Below are positions 13,296-28,904 of a DNA stretch of 64,000 nucleotides, piece by piece. The stretch covers positions 6,944,001-7,008,000 of the forward strand of contig CP086569.2 of NCBI GenBank assembly GCA_009914755.4, written 5' to 3'. Source of the stretch: the human T2T-CHM13v2.0 reference genome, Homo sapiens. Position numbers and translations under genes: made by a program. Each line of letters begins with the position of its first letter. Positions within the stretch are counted from its first letter, which is position 1. The notes under the pieces are model-generated. The model ran no database searches, was not told the origin of the DNA, and saw only the letters and a program-made list of their open reading frames with translations.

Positions 13296-13969
13296 GTAAT
13301 TCCATTTCCACCCAGGTGCCTTAGATGAGGATGTCCTTCGTGTCTCTCTTTTCCCTCTATGGGTGCCTTTTATCCAATTCCCATGTCCTCTCGCCACCAT
13401 CTTGCTACTACGCCTCTCTTGTCCACCTCCCATCTTCTGCTTTATCTAGGTCCCATCTCTCTACCGTGATTTTCTGCACTGTACTTCCTCCTATCTGGTC
13501 TTTCCCTCCCACCCTTGCTCCCCTTGAAGACATCCTTCACCTTATAGCCTCATTGATCCTCCCCAAGTACCTCTGCAATGACCAGTCTCTCTCCAGTCAT
13601 CCTCAGGAAGCTCCTGAAGTATCCCATATAAAGCCCCAGGATGCAGCATCTTCCTATCAATATCCTCACAGACTGGCTTCCTGCCAGCACCTCCCTGTAG
13701 TAGAAGGTAGAAGGTGCTGTTTACACGCTCACTACGGGTCTTCTCCTAGGCCACTCCTCCTTGACAGGCCTCCTTCTTTGCCTTTATCATTGTCCTTCAC
13801 TTCCCCCACCTGAGAAACACACACTTGTTTTCCCTCATTCACCTGTAGTCCCCAGGACACAGGATGCCTCCCATCATGTTCTTGAAGCACCTCGTATGTA
13901 TTGGAACAAGTGCACCTGCCTTTTCTAGACCCAACATGGCCTGAGTTCTGAACAAAATCATATGCAGAG

Positions 13970-14126
13970 GATGGGCGCAGTGGCTCATACCCGTAATCCC
14001 AGCACTTTGGGAGGCCAAGGCAGGTGGATCACGTGAGGTCAGGAGTTAGAGACCAGCCTGGCCAACATGGCAAAACCCTGTCTGTACTAAAAATACAAAA
14101 ATTAGCTGGGCATGGTGGCATGTGCA
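13970..14126 (+). mobile_element. Alu, 3'-truncated (left monomer plus the start of the right arm)
   Basis: ggatgggcgcagtggctcatacccgtaatcccagcactttgggaggccaaggcaggtggatcacgtgaggtcaggagtt. Confidence 0.85.
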
Positions 14127-14407
14127 GGAGAGCAGCGTAGAGGATGGGCTTACGGGTATTTTAAAATCTAAAATCCCGCAGAAGAATCGCATAGACATGG
14201 GAGTGGGTGGAGTGTGCAAGTGAGAGAATTCCTTAGGATAGAATTCTTGAGCTCCCACAAGTTAAAAAATAAAGAGGAGCTTGCAAAACAGAGCTTTAGT
14301 TAGATAATTCTCCTTTCTTCAAGCCAGGATAGTTCAACAGCTGTTTTCCTTAGCAGATAAGGTGGATTCCTGCAGGGACATGGATTCTGATTTTGATGTT
14401 CCTGCTT

Positions 14408-14705
14408 TCTTCTTTTTCGTTGGAGTCTCGCTCTGTCACCCTGGCTGGACTGCAGTGGCGCTATTTCGGTTCACTGCAACTGCTGCCTCCTGAGTTCAAA
14501 TGATTCTCCTACCTCAGCATCCCAAGTAGAGTAGCTGGGACTCCAGGTGCATGTCACCATGCCTAGCTAATTTTTGTATTTTTTGTAGAGACGGGGTTTT
14601 GCTGTGTTGGCCAGGCAGATCTTGAACTTGTGACTTCAAATTATCCACCCACCTCGGCCTCGCAGTGTGCTAGGATTACAGGCGTAAGCCACTGTGCCAA
14701 GCCTG
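14408..14705 (-). mobile_element. Alu SINE, full length
   Basis: ttggagtctcgctctgtcaccctggctggactgcagtggcgc ... ggcgtaagccactgtgccaagcctg. Confidence 0.9.
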
Positions 14706-14740
14706 CCTACTTTCAATTAAGGAACAAAGTCTTCTATATT

Positions 14741-16140
<1,400 letters not shown>

Positions 16141-16267
16141 TAAGGTCTTTTATATTTCTTAAATCTCATATAAAGCCCTAGAGACTTTAGATATTCTATC
16201 CAAAGTTATTTAAGTTGGTTTATTTTTATCTTTTTATATAAAAAAGTATATATATATTTCTTAATTT

Positions 16268-16437
<170 letters not shown>

Positions 16438-16504
16438 TAAAAAAAAAAGTATATATTTTTCACAACTTCTTTGGTGAAGGTAATGTTTTTGGTTTTTTCT
16501 ATAA

Positions 16505-16750
16505 ACAGAGTCTTGCTATACTGCCGAGGCTGGGCTTTAACTTTAGGCCTCAAGCCATCCACTTGCCTTGGCCTTCCAGTGTACTGAGATTACAGGTATG
16601 TACCACCATACCTGCCTCATTTTAAAGTCTTTTATAAAAATGAGGTCTCACTTTGCTGCCAGGCCAGTTTCAAACTCCTGGGCTCAAATGATCTTCCCAC
16701 CTTGGCTTTCCAGCATGCTGAGATTACAGATGCGAGCCACTGTGCCTGGC
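16505..16750 (-). mobile_element. Two tandem Alu-monomer-like units (FLAM/FRAM-like), antisense
   Basis: ...ggcctcaagccatccacttgccttggccttccagtgtactgagattacaggtatgtaccaccatacctgcc, and then gaggtctcactttgctgccaggcc...gctgagattacagatgcgagccactgtgcctggcc. Confidence 0.7.
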
Positions 16751-17051
16751 CTATTTTTGTTTCTTAAGGAGTGAAATTTCTGTGCACCATGATAGCTTTC
16801 TGAGTGGAAAGTTTGGATGCTTCATGGGTTGTCCTTTGCCTGTACAGCTCACCGGCTCCTCCGAGTGCTGGTTACAGTCGAATGTGAGCTGTATGTCAGG
16901 TCTGCGTGGTGGTGTTGCCAAAAAGCATGAATTTTTCCTCATCATTTAAAGTCTACACGGAATTTAAGGCCACTTTCGATATTATTCTTGGGAGGATTTT
17001 ATTCAGTGTTTTGGGAAAACATGGCAGGAGCTCATTTCAGAATTATATGAT

Positions 17052-17412
<361 letters not shown>

Positions 17413-17637
17413 AAAAATAAATAAAATTATTCAATTTTGAAATAGTGCAGAAAACAAGGCAGGCTCTGAAGTCTGCAGCTCTTGTGAAATGTTTTGGATC
17501 TAGAGAAATGATTGTCAACAATGAGCCTTTAAAGACTTAAGGGTGATAACAATTTACAGGTGACTTTTAACAGTGATAGCAATTTACAGGTGACTTTTTC
17601 CAAAATTTACAGAAAACAAGTTTGCCACTTGGACACA

Positions 17638-17998
<361 letters not shown>

Positions 17999-18339
17999 TC
18001 AGTACCCTGCAGTGTTACGATAACCCACTATAGCATTTTGTGTTTTCTGTGCATGAATGCTTGAGAGACCATGTGGCTTTAAGAAGTGGATTAAAGTTGA
18101 TCCAGGGCATCCAGGCACTTGATGTTCCCTATATATAACACAGGAGAGAATGCTTGATCTGGCTAGCTCCGTGGATAAAACGCTGAAGGGTGTCCAGTGT
18201 ATCCCCATGGATAAGATGCTGGAGGGTGTCCAATGTTGCATGCTGAGGAGTATGTCTTAGAGGAGAATCCTAGATCCTCTGTGAGGAATTAATTTCATCC
18301 TCCCAGTTGTGCAGCTTCTCTTCTAAATGTAGGTTGCCT

Positions 18340-18890
18340 GGCTCAACATCTGCTTCCCTACTGGCAGTTTTAGGTCTTGGATTTCTTGATGAAAGTACAA
18401 AACAAGGACTTTCAAAGGAAGTGTCTTACAGTTACGGCTGGATGAGTTTCTGTGGTGGGGACGCCCTGCACACTGTAGGGTGTTGGGGAGTGTCCCTGGG
18501 CTCTGCTCAGCCTATGCCAGGGGCAGCAACCCCAGTTATGAAAACTAGAAATGTCTCCAGACATCACCAAGTATTCCTTGGGGGGAGGAAGGGCAAAGTT
18601 ATCTCCACTAGTGAACCACTGCGATAGACAGATAATCGACAGAGAGATGATACGTAGGTATATGTTGAGATGGATAGGTGATAAATAATAGATATTAAGA
18701 TAGACAGGTCTAAGTGATGGGTGATTGATAGGTGAATAGATGATGGGTAGCTAACATTAAGATAGATATTAAGATAGGTGATAGATAATAGATATTAATA
18801 CAGACAGATAGCTATAGATGATAGATATTGAGATACATATTGAGATGGATTTGTGATTGATAGATTGCAAATAGACAGAGCTCTCACGTT
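18340..18890 (+). repeat. Unit A of a local 4-copy array: a degenerate hAT-type MITE-like element (18340-18622, ending ..agttatctccactagtgaaccactg) followed by a compound (GATA/GATG/GATT)n microsatellite (18623-18890)
   Basis: The core is ctggatgagtttctgtggtggggacgccctgcacactgtagggtgttgg...cagcaaccccagttatgaaaactagaaatgtctccagacatcaccaagtattcc...gaaccactg. The tail is gatagacagataatcgacagagagatgatacg...gatagattgcaaatagacagagctctcacg. Confidence 0.75.
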
Positions 18891-19289
18891 ATGGGAAAAC
18901 ATTGAGCTTGTTTTTCTTGCGTTTCTGGAAGCCGCATGGAGTGCTACTCATGACAGGAATCAAGTTGAACAGTGACTGTTTGGAGTTCAAAGTGCCATTT
19001 GAACAACATGGTAGGTTTGCAAATGGCATTATCAGCATGTGGTATTTGAACAGCTACAGGTTGTAAGTTTGAAAAGACACCAGGGAATTTATGTAGTGTA
19101 CATGAAAGACCACATTCTGTTCAGTGATAATTCCATTTCTCAAGGCCATCTCAGACTCTTACAAGAGCCAAATAACTAAGTGTTCAAGGTGCAGAAGAAA
19201 TCCAGCAAAGTCACTTTCCCAGAGGGAAAGTTTTGTGCTCCTCCCAGAGACCATGACCATGATGCATACAGGAATTTCTGACATTTGGA

Positions 19290-19910
19290 TCCAGAACAGG
19301 GTTTCTCAACCTGAGCACTGCTGACATCTGGGCGTGGGTGATTCTCTGTGGTGGGGCATCCTGTGTGCACTGTAGGGTGTTGAGCAATGTGCCTGGGCTC
19401 TACCCACCAGATGGCAGCAGGACTCTTCCCCAGTGGTGACAACCAGAAAGATCGAGACAACCAAAAAGTTCTCTAGATGTTGTCTGATATCACGTGGGAG
19501 ACTGGAGGGTGTGGGGGTAAAATTGTGTGTAGTTACAAACCAGTGCAACAGAGAGATGAAAGGTGGATGGATGGATGGATGGATGATAGATAATTATTAT
19601 TCATAGATACATGGTTGATAAATGGATAGATGATATAGATAGATGATAGATTGATAAATGGATAAATGATATAAACAGATGGATGAATGGATGGATAGCT
19701 AAATATTCATAAATAGATATATGGTAGGTTGATAGATGAATAGATGATAAGGACTGATGATAGATTAATAGATAGATGATATAGACAGATGGATAGATAG
19801 GTGTTCATAAATACATACATGACTGATAGTTGGATAGTTTGTATAGATAGATGGTAAATTGATAGGTAGATGATGCAGACAGATGAATGGATGAATGGAT
19901 GGATGGACAG
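19290..19910 (+). repeat. Unit C of the same array: a MITE-like core (19290-19545: ..gtttctcaacctgagcactgctgacatctgggcgtgggtgattctctgtggtggggcatcctgtgtgcactgtagggtgttgagcaatgtgcctgggctctacccaccagatggcagcag...gtgacaaccagaaag...) followed by a (GGAT)n/(GATA)n/(GATG)n compound microsatellite (19560-19910)
   Basis: Same core motif as units A, B and D; the tail is ggatggatggatggatggatgatagataatt...gaatggatgaatggatggatgg. Confidence 0.75.
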
Positions 19911-20016
19911 GCCCTAGAACCCAATGACTTGGCTTTGCCACTCACTAGTTGTTGCAGGCTTTCTCTGAACAAGGATGAGATACCACAGTCACTGGTCACT
20001 GTTTGCTACGTGGTAG

Positions 20017-20322
20017 TTTTTTTTTTTTTTTTTTTTTTTTTGAGACAGAGTCTCACTCTGTCGCCCAGGCTGGAGTGCGGTGATGCAATCTTGGCTTGTT
20101 GCAACCGCTGTCTCCAGGGTTCAAGTAATTCTCTTGCCTCAGCCTCCAGAGTAGCTGGGATTATTGGTGCTCACCACAGTGCACAGCTAATTTTGTATTT
20201 TTAGTAGAGACCAGGTTTCACCATGTTGGCCAGGCTGGTTTCGAACTCCTGACTCAAGTGATTCATCTGTCTGTGCCTCCCACAGTGCTGGGATTACAGA
20301 CATGAACCACCCCACCCGGCCC
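20017..20322 (-). mobile_element. Alu SINE, full length
   Basis: A 23-nt poly-T then gagacagagtctcactctgtcgcccaggctggagtgcggtg ... gacatgaaccaccccacccggcc. Confidence 0.9.
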
Positions 20323-20341
20323 TCACGTAGTAGTTTCTTGA

Positions 20342-20663
<322 letters not shown>

Positions 20664-20869
20664 GCCTACAGATACATTTTGCTACCTGCCATGAGGGAGA
20701 ATCTGTATTCAGTTTAGAATCATCGTCATCCTGGGGAGAGAATGTGCCTTAGCATGGCTGAGGCCAGGCTGCTGGTCCCTTCAGATGGTGCTTCCCGCTG
20801 TGCTGTCGTTCTAGGTGGCCCCGTTGCAATGCTGACTTGACTTGCACCAAGGCAGTACAGAATGGATGG

Positions 20870-21440
20870 GATTTGCTAAAGGTGCCCACCTGCCTCCACC
20901 TTTTGCTGGCAGTTCCAGGTGTTGGACTTTTTATTGATGAAGGTGTAAAGCAAGGATTTTCAGTGGAGGTACCTCACATTTACAGCTGGATGAGTCTCTA
21001 TGGTGGGGCCATCCTGCACACTGTAGGGTGTTGAACAGCATCCTTGGGCTCCCCCCAGCAGGGGCCAGGAGCAGCAACCCCAGTTCTGAAAACCGGAAAT
21101 GTTTCCAGATGTCACCAATGTTCCTTCCAGGAGGGAGGGCAAAGTTATCTCCACTAGTGAACCTCTATTATACATGACCAACAGAGAGATGATAGATGGA
21201 TACTATAGTAGGTATATGTTGAGATGGATAGGTGGTAGATAATATATATTAATATAGAACTAAATGATAGGTGACGGATAGGTGAATAGATGATGGGTAG
21301 CTGATAGATGATAGCTATTAAGATAGGTGATAGACAATAGATACTAATATAGATAGCTATAGATGATAGATATTGAGATGGGTAGGTGATTGATAGATTG
21401 ATGACCGATTGCATATAGACAGAGCTCTCATGCTAAAAGA
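20870..21440 (+). repeat. Unit B of the array: a MITE-like core (20870-21175) followed by a GATA/GATG-type tail (21176-21440). It is paralogous to unit A over its whole length, tail included (~85% identical by eye)
   Basis: ctggcagttccaggtgttggac...cagctggatgagtctctatggtggggccatcctgcacactgtagggtgttgaacagcatccttgggctcc...cagcaaccccagttctgaaaaccggaaatgtttccagatgtcaccaatgttcc...agttatctccactagtgaacc, and then gatggataggtggtagataat...gattgcatatagacagagctctcatg. Confidence 0.75.
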
Positions 21441-21444
21441 GAAT

Positions 21445-21790
21445 TTCTCAACCACAGCAGTGCTGACACATGGGGCGGGATCATGGAGGACTCTCTGTGG
21501 TGGAAGCTCTATGTACTGTAGGGTGTTGAGCACCATCCCTGGGCTTCAGATGCCAGGAGCATCCATCCCATCTGTGACAACCAAAGATGTCTCTAGATTC
21601 TACCAGGTTTCCTCTGTGCGGACAAAAAGTTATCCCCAGTTCTGAACCACTGTGATAGATAGTTGATGGATGGATAGATATTGATAACTGAGACAGATAT
21701 TTGATAGGTGACAGATATTGAGGTAGATGATAGCTATAGGTGATTGATGATTGCTAGATATTGAGATAGGTGATTGTCCGAGACGGATAC
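21445..21790 (+). repeat. Unit D of the array: a MITE-like core (21445-21650: aatttctcaaccacagcagtgctgacacatggggcgggatcatggaggactctctgtggtgg...gtactgtagggtgttgagcaccatccctgggc...gtgacaaccaaagatgtctctag...gttctgaaccactg) followed by a short (GATA)n-type tail
   Basis: It has recognisable hAT MITE termini (..ttctcaacc at the start and gaaccactg at the end). The tail is tgatagatagttgatggatggatagatattgataactgagacagatatttgataggtgacagatattgagg.... Confidence 0.75.
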
Positions 21791-23065
21791 ATTGCATTTT
21801 TAGTATTTAAGGGCAAAGCAGATGCTTCAAAAAGGGAGGCTTATTTTATTATCTATAATTTTCTTTTTTATTATTTTTTACTTTCATTCCCTTTTTCTAT
21901 GTATGAAAAGGGAGGTTTAAATTCTTGCAAGAGAATGCAATTGTAGTGTCTTCTGAATGGAGTTTTCCATTTGATGCCAAGCCTTCCAGTGCCTTGGTCT
22001 AAGGAGAACTGCATAGGGTGAGAAGAGTCCCAGCGATAACGTGGAAAAGGGGCCTTAACACCTCTGGAGGGCAAGAGGTAGGGGGTGAAGACGCAGTGGA
22101 CACCTAAGGAGAATTTTGCAGGAGGAGTAGGGGTTTATTGGCTGAAAGGGGTGGGTGGTGGAAAATCATTCTAGACAGGGAGTGACACGGAAGCAAGCCA
22201 TGGGTCACTACAGGGCAGGAGGGACATGGAGGAGAAACTCAAATCTGAGTTCAGCCAGGAGGTGGACACAGGAATGCAGTGAGCTCAGATGTGTAGGAGA
22301 CTGCCGTGGGGACTGGGGTATGAGGAAGGACTGGCTCTGGCTTGGCTGTGCATTTGGGCTGCTGGACAGTGAGGAGATCCAAGGAGAGAGAGTGCATTCC
22401 AATTTGGGAAACTTTGAGGGCAAAACATCTGCAGCAACTGTCTCAGAAGAGAGCCTGAGGCAGGGTCCTTGGAGGGAGGAAGCCACAGGTGGATGGAGCC
22501 ACCGAGGGCTGCTAGGTCACCTTGGTTAAGGGCTAGTTGCAGTGCAGCCAGGTCGGAAAGTAGAGCCGTTCTGGAGCCTCACGTGGCATAGATGTTGGAG
22601 GAGATGGGATGAGGATGGCTCATTTTCTTCTTCTCACCACAAAAGCCCAGCTTAATGGCAGGCTCTGGAGAGAGGAGGACCAACTTCTACGGTAAGGTGT
22701 CTCCAAATTAGTGAGGCTGATTTGCCTGTTCATAAAAACAAAAACAAAAGCAAAAAAATCCTTTAGAGGAGAAGCCATCCCCACAGACCCTGCAAATAAA
22801 AGACAGCAGATCAGCTTCGCAGATGGAAAAATGCTGCTTTCAGCTAAAGATGAGGACAGAGCTGCTCAGCTGAGGTCACTGGAGAGGAGGCGGAGGGGAC
22901 TTGGGAACCTCCCTTGTCTCAGTTGTTGTTGACGACATTGATCCTTTCTTCATGTTGACTTTTCCCCCCATTCATAGATTCATAGATTGCTCTCTATGCT
23001 GGAATACGTTCTTTAGGATTTGTTTATTTTGTTAACATATATCACATAAAATTTTGCTATTTTAA

Positions 23066-23490
<425 letters not shown>

Positions 23491-23511
23491 TCATTTTAAC
23501 CATTTTTAAAA

Positions 23512-23630
23512 TGTACGGTTCATGACTCAGGAGGCTGAAGCAGGAGGACCATTTCAACCCACAAGGCAGAGGTTGCCATGAGCTGAGTTTGTGCCACTGC
23601 ACTCTATCCTGGGCAACAGAAAAAAAATAT
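23512..23630 (+). mobile_element. Alu right-arm fragment
   Basis: gactcaggaggctgaagcaggaggaccatttcaacccacaaggcagaggttgccatgagctgagtttgtgccactgcactctatcctgggcaacag. Confidence 0.8.
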
Positions 23631-23889
23631 ATAAGATGCACAGTTTAGTGACATGGAGCACATTCATGTTTCTATGCAACCGCCACCCCAACCCCATCCC
23701 CATCCGTTTCCAGAACTCCTTTTCATCTTCCCCAACTGAAACTCTGTCCTCATGAAACATGCCCTATTGCCCCTCCCTCCAGACCTGCCCAGGTAACCTC
23801 CCGCATACTCTCTGCTCTATGAATTTGGTGATTCTAGGAGCCTTATATAGGCAGAATCATACGGCATTTGTCCTTTTGTGACTGGCTTC

Positions 23890-24085
23890 TTTCAGTTACT
23901 GTAATGTCCTTCAGATTCCCCCATCCTGTAGAAAGGAATTTCCCTCCTTTCTAAGCCCGAGTAGCGTTCCATCGTATAGAGGATACAGCATGTTGTGTTT
24001 ACCCATTCATTCATCCTTGGACACTGGGGTGCCTTCCACCTCTTGGCTGTAGTGAATAATGGTGCTATGAACAAGGTTCGGCAAA
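23890..24085 (-). mobile_element. Old L1 ORF2-region fragment, antisense
   Basis: ..ccatcgtatagaggatacagcatgttgtgtttacccattcattcatccttggacactggggtgccttccacctcttggctgtagtgaataatggtgctatgaacaaggt (compare the L1 reverse complement ..ccattgtgtatatgtaccacattttctttatccattcatc.gttgatggacacttaggttg.ttccatatcttggctattgtgaatagtgctgc). Confidence 0.7.
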
Positions 24086-24129
24086 TATCTGTTCCAGTGC
24101 CTGCTTTCAGCTGCTTGAATACATTTTTT

Positions 24130-24430
24130 TAATTTATTATTATTATTATTTTGAGATGGGGTCTCACTCTGTTACCCAGGCTGGAGTGCAGTGGTGATCT
24201 TGGGTCTCTGCAACCTCTGCCTGCCGGATTCAAGCGATTCTCCCACCTCATCCTACTAGTAGCTGGGATTACAAGCATGCAACACCATGCCCGGCTCATT
24301 TTGTATTTTTAGTAAATATAGGTTTTCACCTTGTTGACCAGGCTGATCTGGAATTCCTGACCTCAGGTGATCTACCCACCTGGGCCTTCTAAAGTGCTAG
24401 GATTACAGGCGTGAGCCACCACCCCTGGCC
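24130..24430 (-). mobile_element. Alu SINE, full length, with a (TTA)n leader
   Basis: tattattattattattttgagatggggtctcactctgttacccaggctggagtgcagtgg ... ggcgtgagccaccacccctggcc. Confidence 0.9.
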
Positions 24431-24634
24431 CCTTGATACATTTTTAGTATTGTAATTAAATGCTTTTCCCACTGTTGCAGGGAGCCTATGCAGTGTTTTT
24501 AGTTAAATATTTTTTCTGAGGCTTACCTCAAGTTTTCCTGTCTTCCACTTACCCTCCCTCATTCCCAGGTAACTGTATTTCACAGCCTGGTATGGATCCT
24601 TCTGTACTGTTCTTTGTGTTAAAAAGCCCCCTCA

Positions 24635-24780
24635 CACACACAAGCATGTGCACACACAAGCACATATGCACACAAGCACACACACGTGCACATGCACACA
24701 TACACATGTGCACATGCACACATGCACGCACACATGTATGCATGCATGCACACACACAATGCGCACGCATGCCCCATGCA
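24635..24780 (+). repeat. Degenerate compound (CA)n/(GCACA)n microsatellite
   Basis: cacacacacaagcatgtgcacacacaagcacatatgcacacaagcacacacacgtgcacatgcacacatacacatgtgcacatgcacacatgcacgcacacatg.... Confidence 0.9.
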
Positions 24781-24889
24781 GTTTGGCCTCATGCCACTAG
24801 AGTATGCATCATTTTTGTCTCTTGTTTTCTTGGAGATCCCTCTGGGGTATTTTGAGGAGGAGAAGTTGTATTATTATTGTGTTGTTGTT

Positions 24890-25610
<721 letters not shown>

Positions 25611-26202
25611 ACAGAAAAGTAAGAAAACAACAGATGTTGGTGTGGAAGTGGAGGAAAGTGGCCGTGGATGCGCTGCTGGTGCGGAGGAGGTCTTCCAGTG
25701 CATGCAGCAGGGGAGGTGACCTCACTTCTCCTCGAGAGGAGCTCAGCTGTGCAAGGCAGTGTTGGAGAGGATGGGAGGGTGCATGTGACCCTAGGAGCAA
25801 GGCTGTGTGCCTGTGGGCATGCACTTCCTGGTGACGTTTCCTTGGACCCCACAGTGGGAAAAACAGGAGCCCCTCTGCCCTCTCATTCCTCTTTCTCTGT
25901 ATTTGCATTTGCTGTCTTGCTGGTCTCAAGATTCCCAAGCGCTGCTGCCAGCCCACCCCTTCAGCCTGCCAAGCTACATGTGTGCGCCCACTTGACCACT
26001 CTCTGAGCCTTCTGCTCAGGTGCCTCCCACCAAAAATGAGTTCCTGCTCTTCCTCCTTGCCCCTCAGCCCTAGTCATTTCCTCATTTGCAGTTCCCCGTT
26101 TATAAGTGCCCCTTCTGCTCTTGGAGCTCAGCCAGGAACCATTTTTTATTTCCTTTTCTTTGGCTCTGTATTCACTCTCATCCTGAATCCTGCCCTTTTA
26201 AT

Positions 26203-26503
26203 TTTTTTTTTTTTTGAAAAGATGTGGTCTTGCCATCTCATCCAGGCTGAAGTGCAGTGGTACAGTCATGTCTCACTGCATCCTTGACCTCCTAGGCTCA
26301 AGGGATCCTCCCACCTCAGCCTCCCAAGAAACTGGGACCACAAATGCACACCACTATGTCCAGCTAATTAAAAAATTTTTTTTGTAGGGACAGGATCTCA
26401 CTATGTTGCTCAGGCTGGTCTCAAACTCATGGTTTCAAGCGTTTCCCCTGCCTCGGCCTCCTAAGTAGCTAGGATTACAGGTGCACACCACCATGCCTTG
26501 ACC
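26203..26503 (-). mobile_element. Alu SINE, full length
   Basis: Poly-T 26203-26215, then gaaaagatgtggtcttgccatctcatccaggctgaagtgcagtgg ... caggtgcacaccaccatgcc. Confidence 0.9.
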
Positions 26504-26672
26504 CTTTCCAATTCTCAAACACATCTCCAGAGCCCATCTACATCAATGATGTCTTCACAGAAGCCGCCGTAGCTTATCTAAATTCCCTCCCCTTCTCTCC
26601 ATTGATCTCCGATCTCTGCAGAACTCACCCCTTCCTGCTGTATCAGCCCAAACCTTTCTGACATGAAAATAG

Positions 26673-26790
26673 GCTGGGTGCAGTGACTCAAGCCTGTAAT
26701 CTCAGCACTTGTGGAGGCTGAGGTGGGAGAACTGCTTGAGACCAGGAGTTTGAGACCAACCTGGGCATCATACTGAGACCCCATCTCTAA
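26673..26790 (+). mobile_element. Alu left monomer (FLAM-like)
   Basis: aggctgggtgcagtgactcaagcctgtaatctcagcacttgtggaggctgaggtgggagaactgcttgagaccaggagtttgagaccaacctgggcatcatactgagaccccatctctaa. Confidence 0.8.
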
Positions 26791-27183
26791 TTTTTTTTTT
26801 TTTGCAAAGACAGGGCCTTTCTCTGTTGCCCAGGATGGAGTGCGGTGGTGCCATCATAGTTCACTGCAGCCTCATTCTCCTGGGCCCAAGTTATCCTCCC
26901 ACCGCAGCCTCCCAGGTAGCTGGGACTGTAGGCCTGTACCACCAAGCCTGGCTAATTTTTAAATTTTGAGGGTCTTGCTGTGTTGTCCAGACTGATCTTG
27001 AACTCTTGAGTACAAGTGATTTTCCTACCTCAGTCTCTCAAGTAGCTAGGAGTACAGGTGTACACCTCAGGCCCACCTAATTTTTAATTTTTTTTTATAG
27101 AGACATGGTCTTGCTTTGTGCCTAGGCTGGTTTTGAGCTCCTGGGCTCAAGTGGTCTGCCACCTTGGCCCCACAAAGTGCTGG
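26791..27183 (-). mobile_element. Alu SINE, antisense, ~390 bp, with an internal duplication of the linker and left-arm region
   Basis: Poly-T then gcaaagacagggcctttctctgttgcccaggatggagtgcggtgg..., with two successive ..gtagctgggactgtaggcctgtaccaccaagcctggctaatttttaaatttt / ..gtagctaggagtacaggtgtacacctcaggcccacctaatttttaattttt blocks. Confidence 0.75.
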
Positions 27184-27866
27184 AGCACTTTGGCCTCTAG
27201 CCTTCTTTTATGTCCCTCCCCAGTCTTCCTTTGGCCTTCAGCTGTGGGGACAGAGATGCCCCCTGCCTCCCTGTCCCCACCTTCTACCTGGTCTTGCAAG
27301 ACCCCCTCCAGGCATCCTTCCAAGTTTACAGTGTAATGTCTGTTCCCCCTCAAACCTGCAAAGCTCATGATAGTCACAAGATCTGCCCTTCCTGATATTG
27401 TGTACCGAGGACATTGCTTGGCACATAAGGGGCCCTTGTCCAAAACATCTGGAAACCAATAAAGAATGTGGCTGGTGAGTTACTGATTAATGTGTTGATG
27501 AATTCATTGATTGCTGAGGCTAGTACGTACAGTAAGGGTTAGGTTTTGAACATGCTTCTCATATCTATCGTGATAAACCCTCTTATCGTCTATTGCTTTT
27601 GAACTTTTATAGACTTGATGTCAGGGAAAGAGTCCCGCATTTAACTGGAATCGTTGAACTGATGCACCGGTTTCTAATTTTCCAAACTCAGATTTGAAAT
27701 CACCTGTGGTCACTAAACTCTGTCCTATCCCACAGCCCCTGCACATGGTGACTTATGTTTTGTAAATGTTTTTTGGAGATAGTAAAGTCAATATCTCTTT
27801 GAATATTTTGTTCCTTACCTTTGGTAAGACCTAGCCCTGCACAAATTCTGTCCATGTAAGCAAAGT

Positions 27867-28166
27867 CTTTTTTTTTTTTTTTCCAGATAAGGTCTGGCTC
27901 TGTCACTGAGGCTGCAGTGCAGAGGTTCAGTCATAGCTCACTGCAGCCTTCAACTCCTGGGCTCAGGCAGTCCTTCCGCCTCAGCCTCTTAAGTACCTGA
28001 GACTACAGGCATGCACAACCACACCCGGCTAATCTTTTTATTTTTTTGCAGAGACAGAGTGTCCCTATGTTGCCCAGGCTAGTTTCAAACTCTTGGTTTC
28101 AAGTGATCCTCTTGCCTCAGTCTCCCAAAGTGCTGGGATTACAGGTGTGAGCCACCACACTCGCCT
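27867..28166 (-). mobile_element. Alu SINE, full length
   Basis: A 16-nt poly-T then ccagataaggtctggctctgtcactgaggctgcagtgcagagg ... caggtgtgagccaccacactcgcc. Confidence 0.9.
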
Positions 28167-28544
28167 GCAAAGTCTGATAAAAGATTTGAAGGAAGGATGT
28201 CTCAGAGAACTTTTTTTTTCTTATACTATTTACTTAATCTTATTGATTTGGGGAAGGGCAAGGGAATCCCAGTTTTCTAGATTTTTTTTTTTCTTATAGG
28301 AATATGTTTTTACTTGGTACCTCTCTCTGTGTAAACTATTGCTTCTTAAAGATGCTGAGGGGTGATCCCGCATTAGTGTATAGGTAAAAATGATGTCTCC
28401 ATTTCATATATACTGATTAGGTGACTTTTTTAAGCCTTGTGGTTTGTTGATGTTGATTTTACTGAGACACTTGTGGAACAGATGTATTTTCATACAACCT
28501 TACACATCTCAGTAGTTTTCCCCACTCGTGCAGTAACTTTTTCT

Positions 28545-28620
28545 CCCCTGCTTTCTCTCCTCCTCTCCCCACCTCTTCTTCCTTCCCCTCCTCTCCTCGT
28601 CCCTTCCCTCCTCTTCTCAT
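28545..28620 (+). repeat. Polypyrimidine (CT-rich, TCC/CCTCT motifs) tract
   Basis: ctctcctcctctccccacctcttcttccttcccctcctctcctcgtcccttccctcctcttctc. Confidence 0.9.
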
Positions 28621-28904
28621 TTGATACAAAGCCCTAGCTCTCTTCCTCTACAGATCATCCTACCCATGGTTGAAATTGCAACTTCCCCTGCAAGCCAAGT
28701 GACCGAACCTGAGATGTTTGTATTGTCAGGGCTTGCATATTCTACATGCCTGCATAATCCCCAAAGTTCTTTCATTCCTTGCTTCTAACCTACCCAAATC
28801 CTTCTAATCTCCCACCACGGTTAATTATCTCTGATGCTCCTGAAAGGTGACCTGCTGCTACATTGTGACAAGGTGATGCATTATTCTTAAGAGGATCTGT
28901 ACAG

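Noticed and set aside
13325-13813. 162-aa Pro/Ser/Leu-rich ORF on the + strand in unique intronic DNA
   Set aside because: The composition is low-complexity and pyrimidine-rich, with no splice-site context, no resemblance to any protein family I know, and no codon periodicity apparent. It is most likely a chance ORF in a CT-rich intron segment.
25640-25800. A locally CG-containing segment (gcgctgctggtgcggaggagg..., also 51320-51500) considered as a possible CpG island or alternative promoter
   Set aside because: The segment is short, CpG density is modest by eye, and there are no TATA, Inr or first-exon features. It is far too small to meet CpG-island criteria.
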